Shown here: positions 61,973 through 64,000 of the stretch, piece after piece | Layout of the letters: each line of letters opens with the position of its first letter | Numbering within the stretch: the first letter of the stretch is position 1 | Assembly (NCBI GenBank): GCA_051313645.2 | Contig: JBNRSN020000044.1 | Location: 5,456,001-5,520,000 of the forward strand | Origin: Centroscyllium fabricii | Lineage: Eukaryota | Direction: 5' to 3' | DNA length: 64,000 bases | Translations under genes and position numbers: made by a program | Notes under the pieces: model-generated | The model's input: the letters and a program-made list of their open reading frames with translations, nothing else | The model's database searches: none | Told to the model about the DNA's origin: nothing

Positions 61973-62878
61973 CTAAACGCTACACCATCGAGGAGGGAAA
62001 TATATAAAAAAAAAGCAAAATATGCAAACATCTTACTCAAAAGGCTTTAAATGATTCATAAAGACCAGTCTGCATACAAGGCAGAGCTGAGGAGGAAATC
62101 CCAGGCCTAAAGTTCATTTGTAATTAAGAAAATTCTATCCAAAATCATGAAATATTAACAAGGTTTCAGACCCTCTTTGGACAAGCGTACTCCAAGTTGT
62201 TTGCAGATTTAACTGGTTCGCAGTAGACCCAAGGTCCAGGAGACAATAACTAGGCTTCGACACAAGTTTTTTTTAAATGGGAGGGGAGGGATAATGTCAA
62301 AATTATTTTTTGTTTTAATTATTCACCTTTTAATAATTTGTGATACAGGTAAGTTAGTGATGAACATTTCAAGTAGTTTTGACCACTGCTCTATGGCCGT
62401 CTGCAGCTGTTTGGAAAGGCAGTCCAAAGAAGCTCTACAGAACCTCTCGTTTACAAAAGGAGGCTCGCTCCACTGATGGATTCACCCCTCAGCACTGCAT
62501 TGAAGAAAACTGACTCATTTATTTTTGTGTTTCGGTAGTTTTACCTCAGAAAACAAGGGGAACCTACTTGCACCCTGCTTTGAAAGACAGAGGTAAAACT
62601 GGACATTCTCATTGCAAAAACAAAACAGAAAAGGAGCCTTGCACAACAGAGGCCAAACAAAACCACAAACATAATTCTGGTCAGCAAGGCTGGAGGAATT
62701 ACTGTGTAAATTAAAGAGTGCAAGAGAGAGATTGGGGGGGTAAGGGGGGGGGGGGGGGGGGGGGGAGTTAGAACAATGACGCACATAAGATGACCATCGA
62801 ACAACCAGTGTATAAAATAAAAGGTGAGGCAAGACATTTAAAATAAATGTATAGAAGGAAACAATTTATTTTTTAGGA

Positions 62879-63081
62879 CATGCACCTCTATTTTACGGCC
62901 CTCAACCACGGTGCCGTGTAATTTCTCCCTCGCCCTGTCGGCATCAGCACTAGATTCGAAAGTTACGAACCCGAATCCCTGCATGCGGCGGGAGAAGGGG
63001 GGAGAACAACATGCATATCATTATAAATAGAACAAGTACATGACCACAATCAGCAATACTCTCCTCGCTCATCCTCATGCA
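62879..63081 (-). promoter_or_regulatory. Cluster of (T)GCATG RBFOX binding elements around the RRM exon (autoregulation)
   Basis: Sense TGCATG at 62879-62884 (inside the 5' splice site), GCATG 62982-62986 (inside the 3' splice site), TGCATG 63010-63015 and 63076-63081. Confidence 0.88.
62886..62978 (-). CDS. RBFOX2: RBFOX2 93-nt RRM exon, [31 protein letters not shown]
   Basis: RNP1-containing Fox RRM sequence; gcatgcag acceptor, GAG|gtgcat donor, phase 0 to 0. Confidence 0.97.
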
Positions 63082-63574
63082 TGTTTCTTGGAAAATTAAA
63101 AAATAAAATAAAAAAGTAAGCGGCGAGGCCAAACAAAACTGTACTCGTTACTTGGGCTGCTCATTAGTAATCGGGAGTTTGGGGGCAGCCTTTTTATGGG
63201 GGTAAGAGGAAAGGGATGGATGAAAGCAGCAAAGAGCAAGATATAGAACGATTGAAAGCACACGGGGGTCAGTGCACTGTGAATTGTAACTCTTTAACGT
63301 GTGCATGTACGTTTTCTATAGCTAGCTTCTCCGCTATTTCAGAAATTGCTCTACCACTGTTGGGTCCCGAAGCACGCATTTTGCACAGCTAATGGAAACG
63401 CTGAAGGATATTTGTCCAGTTCGCTACGGTTAAGTAGCCATGAACATCAATATCAGATCTTGCTGGCTGTGGTCCTCGGGAATCTGACGGAACTGAACCA
63501 TCTCGGACCGGAAGGCCCTGCAGCGGGTAGTCAAAACTGCCCAATGAATCACCGGCACCCAGCTACCGTCAATT

Positions 63575-63905
63575 GAAAGCACCTACCTCAAACGCTGCCT
63601 ACGGAGGTCTCTGAACATTATTAAAGACCCCACACACCCCAGCCACAGTCTGTTCGCCCCCCTGCCCTCCGGGAGACGCTACAGATCAATTCGCACCCGC
63701 ACGACCCGATTCAAGAACAGCTTCTTCCCCGGGGCTGTCAGTCTCCTGAACTCTAACAAAAAACTCCAATATCTGCACACCTGAAATGTACTTTACTGTA
63801 TGCAATTGTATGTAACTTATTTGCACTACTCTCGGGAGCGGCGAGTCTTCGTTTCGTTGTATTGTACTAGTACTCTGCAATGACAATAAATTTGAATTGA
63901 ATTGA
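63575..63905 (+). mobile_element. Rex1/Babar-type LINE 3' end
   Basis: Translates IIKDPTHPSHSLFAPLPSGRRYRSIRTRTTRFKNSFFPGAVSLLN; tail GACAATAAATTTGAATTGAATTGA. Confidence 0.8.
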
Positions 63906-64000
63906 GTTTACTTAGCTGTTGTCACCAGCTGCATGAGACCACATACGGTGAGCCAGTAGCGCTACCATGGCACTAAGTAACTACAGTTGATTTCAGGTGG

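Overview
Vertebrate genomic DNA, most likely from a cartilaginous fish (shark), judged from HE1/V-SINEs and esterase-type CR1 LINEs. The whole window lies inside one minus-strand gene, RBFOX2 (Fox-1 family splicing regulator). It runs from the 93-nt RRM exon (62886-62978) through the mutually exclusive B40/M43 exons to the terminal exon ending ...YSRFAPY* (817-861) and its 3' UTR; the 5' exons lie beyond base 64000. All nine recognised coding exons have AG/GT boundaries and consistent phases. The introns hold CR1, L2, RTE and Rex1/Babar-type LINEs, SINEs, Tigger-like and hAT MITEs, and large minisatellites, which explain nearly all long ORFs in the track. Most noteworthy: a candidate in-frame 75-nt cassette exon I do not recognise (49299-49373), a candidate poison exon (61910-61972), an open second reading frame across the last three exons, conserved (U)GCAUG autoregulatory sites, GCATG-rich inverted MITEs bracketing exons, and a near-intact full-length CR1 nested in a CR1 stack. 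I see no evidence for a wholly new gene system; the novelty is in splicing regulation and TE architecture.
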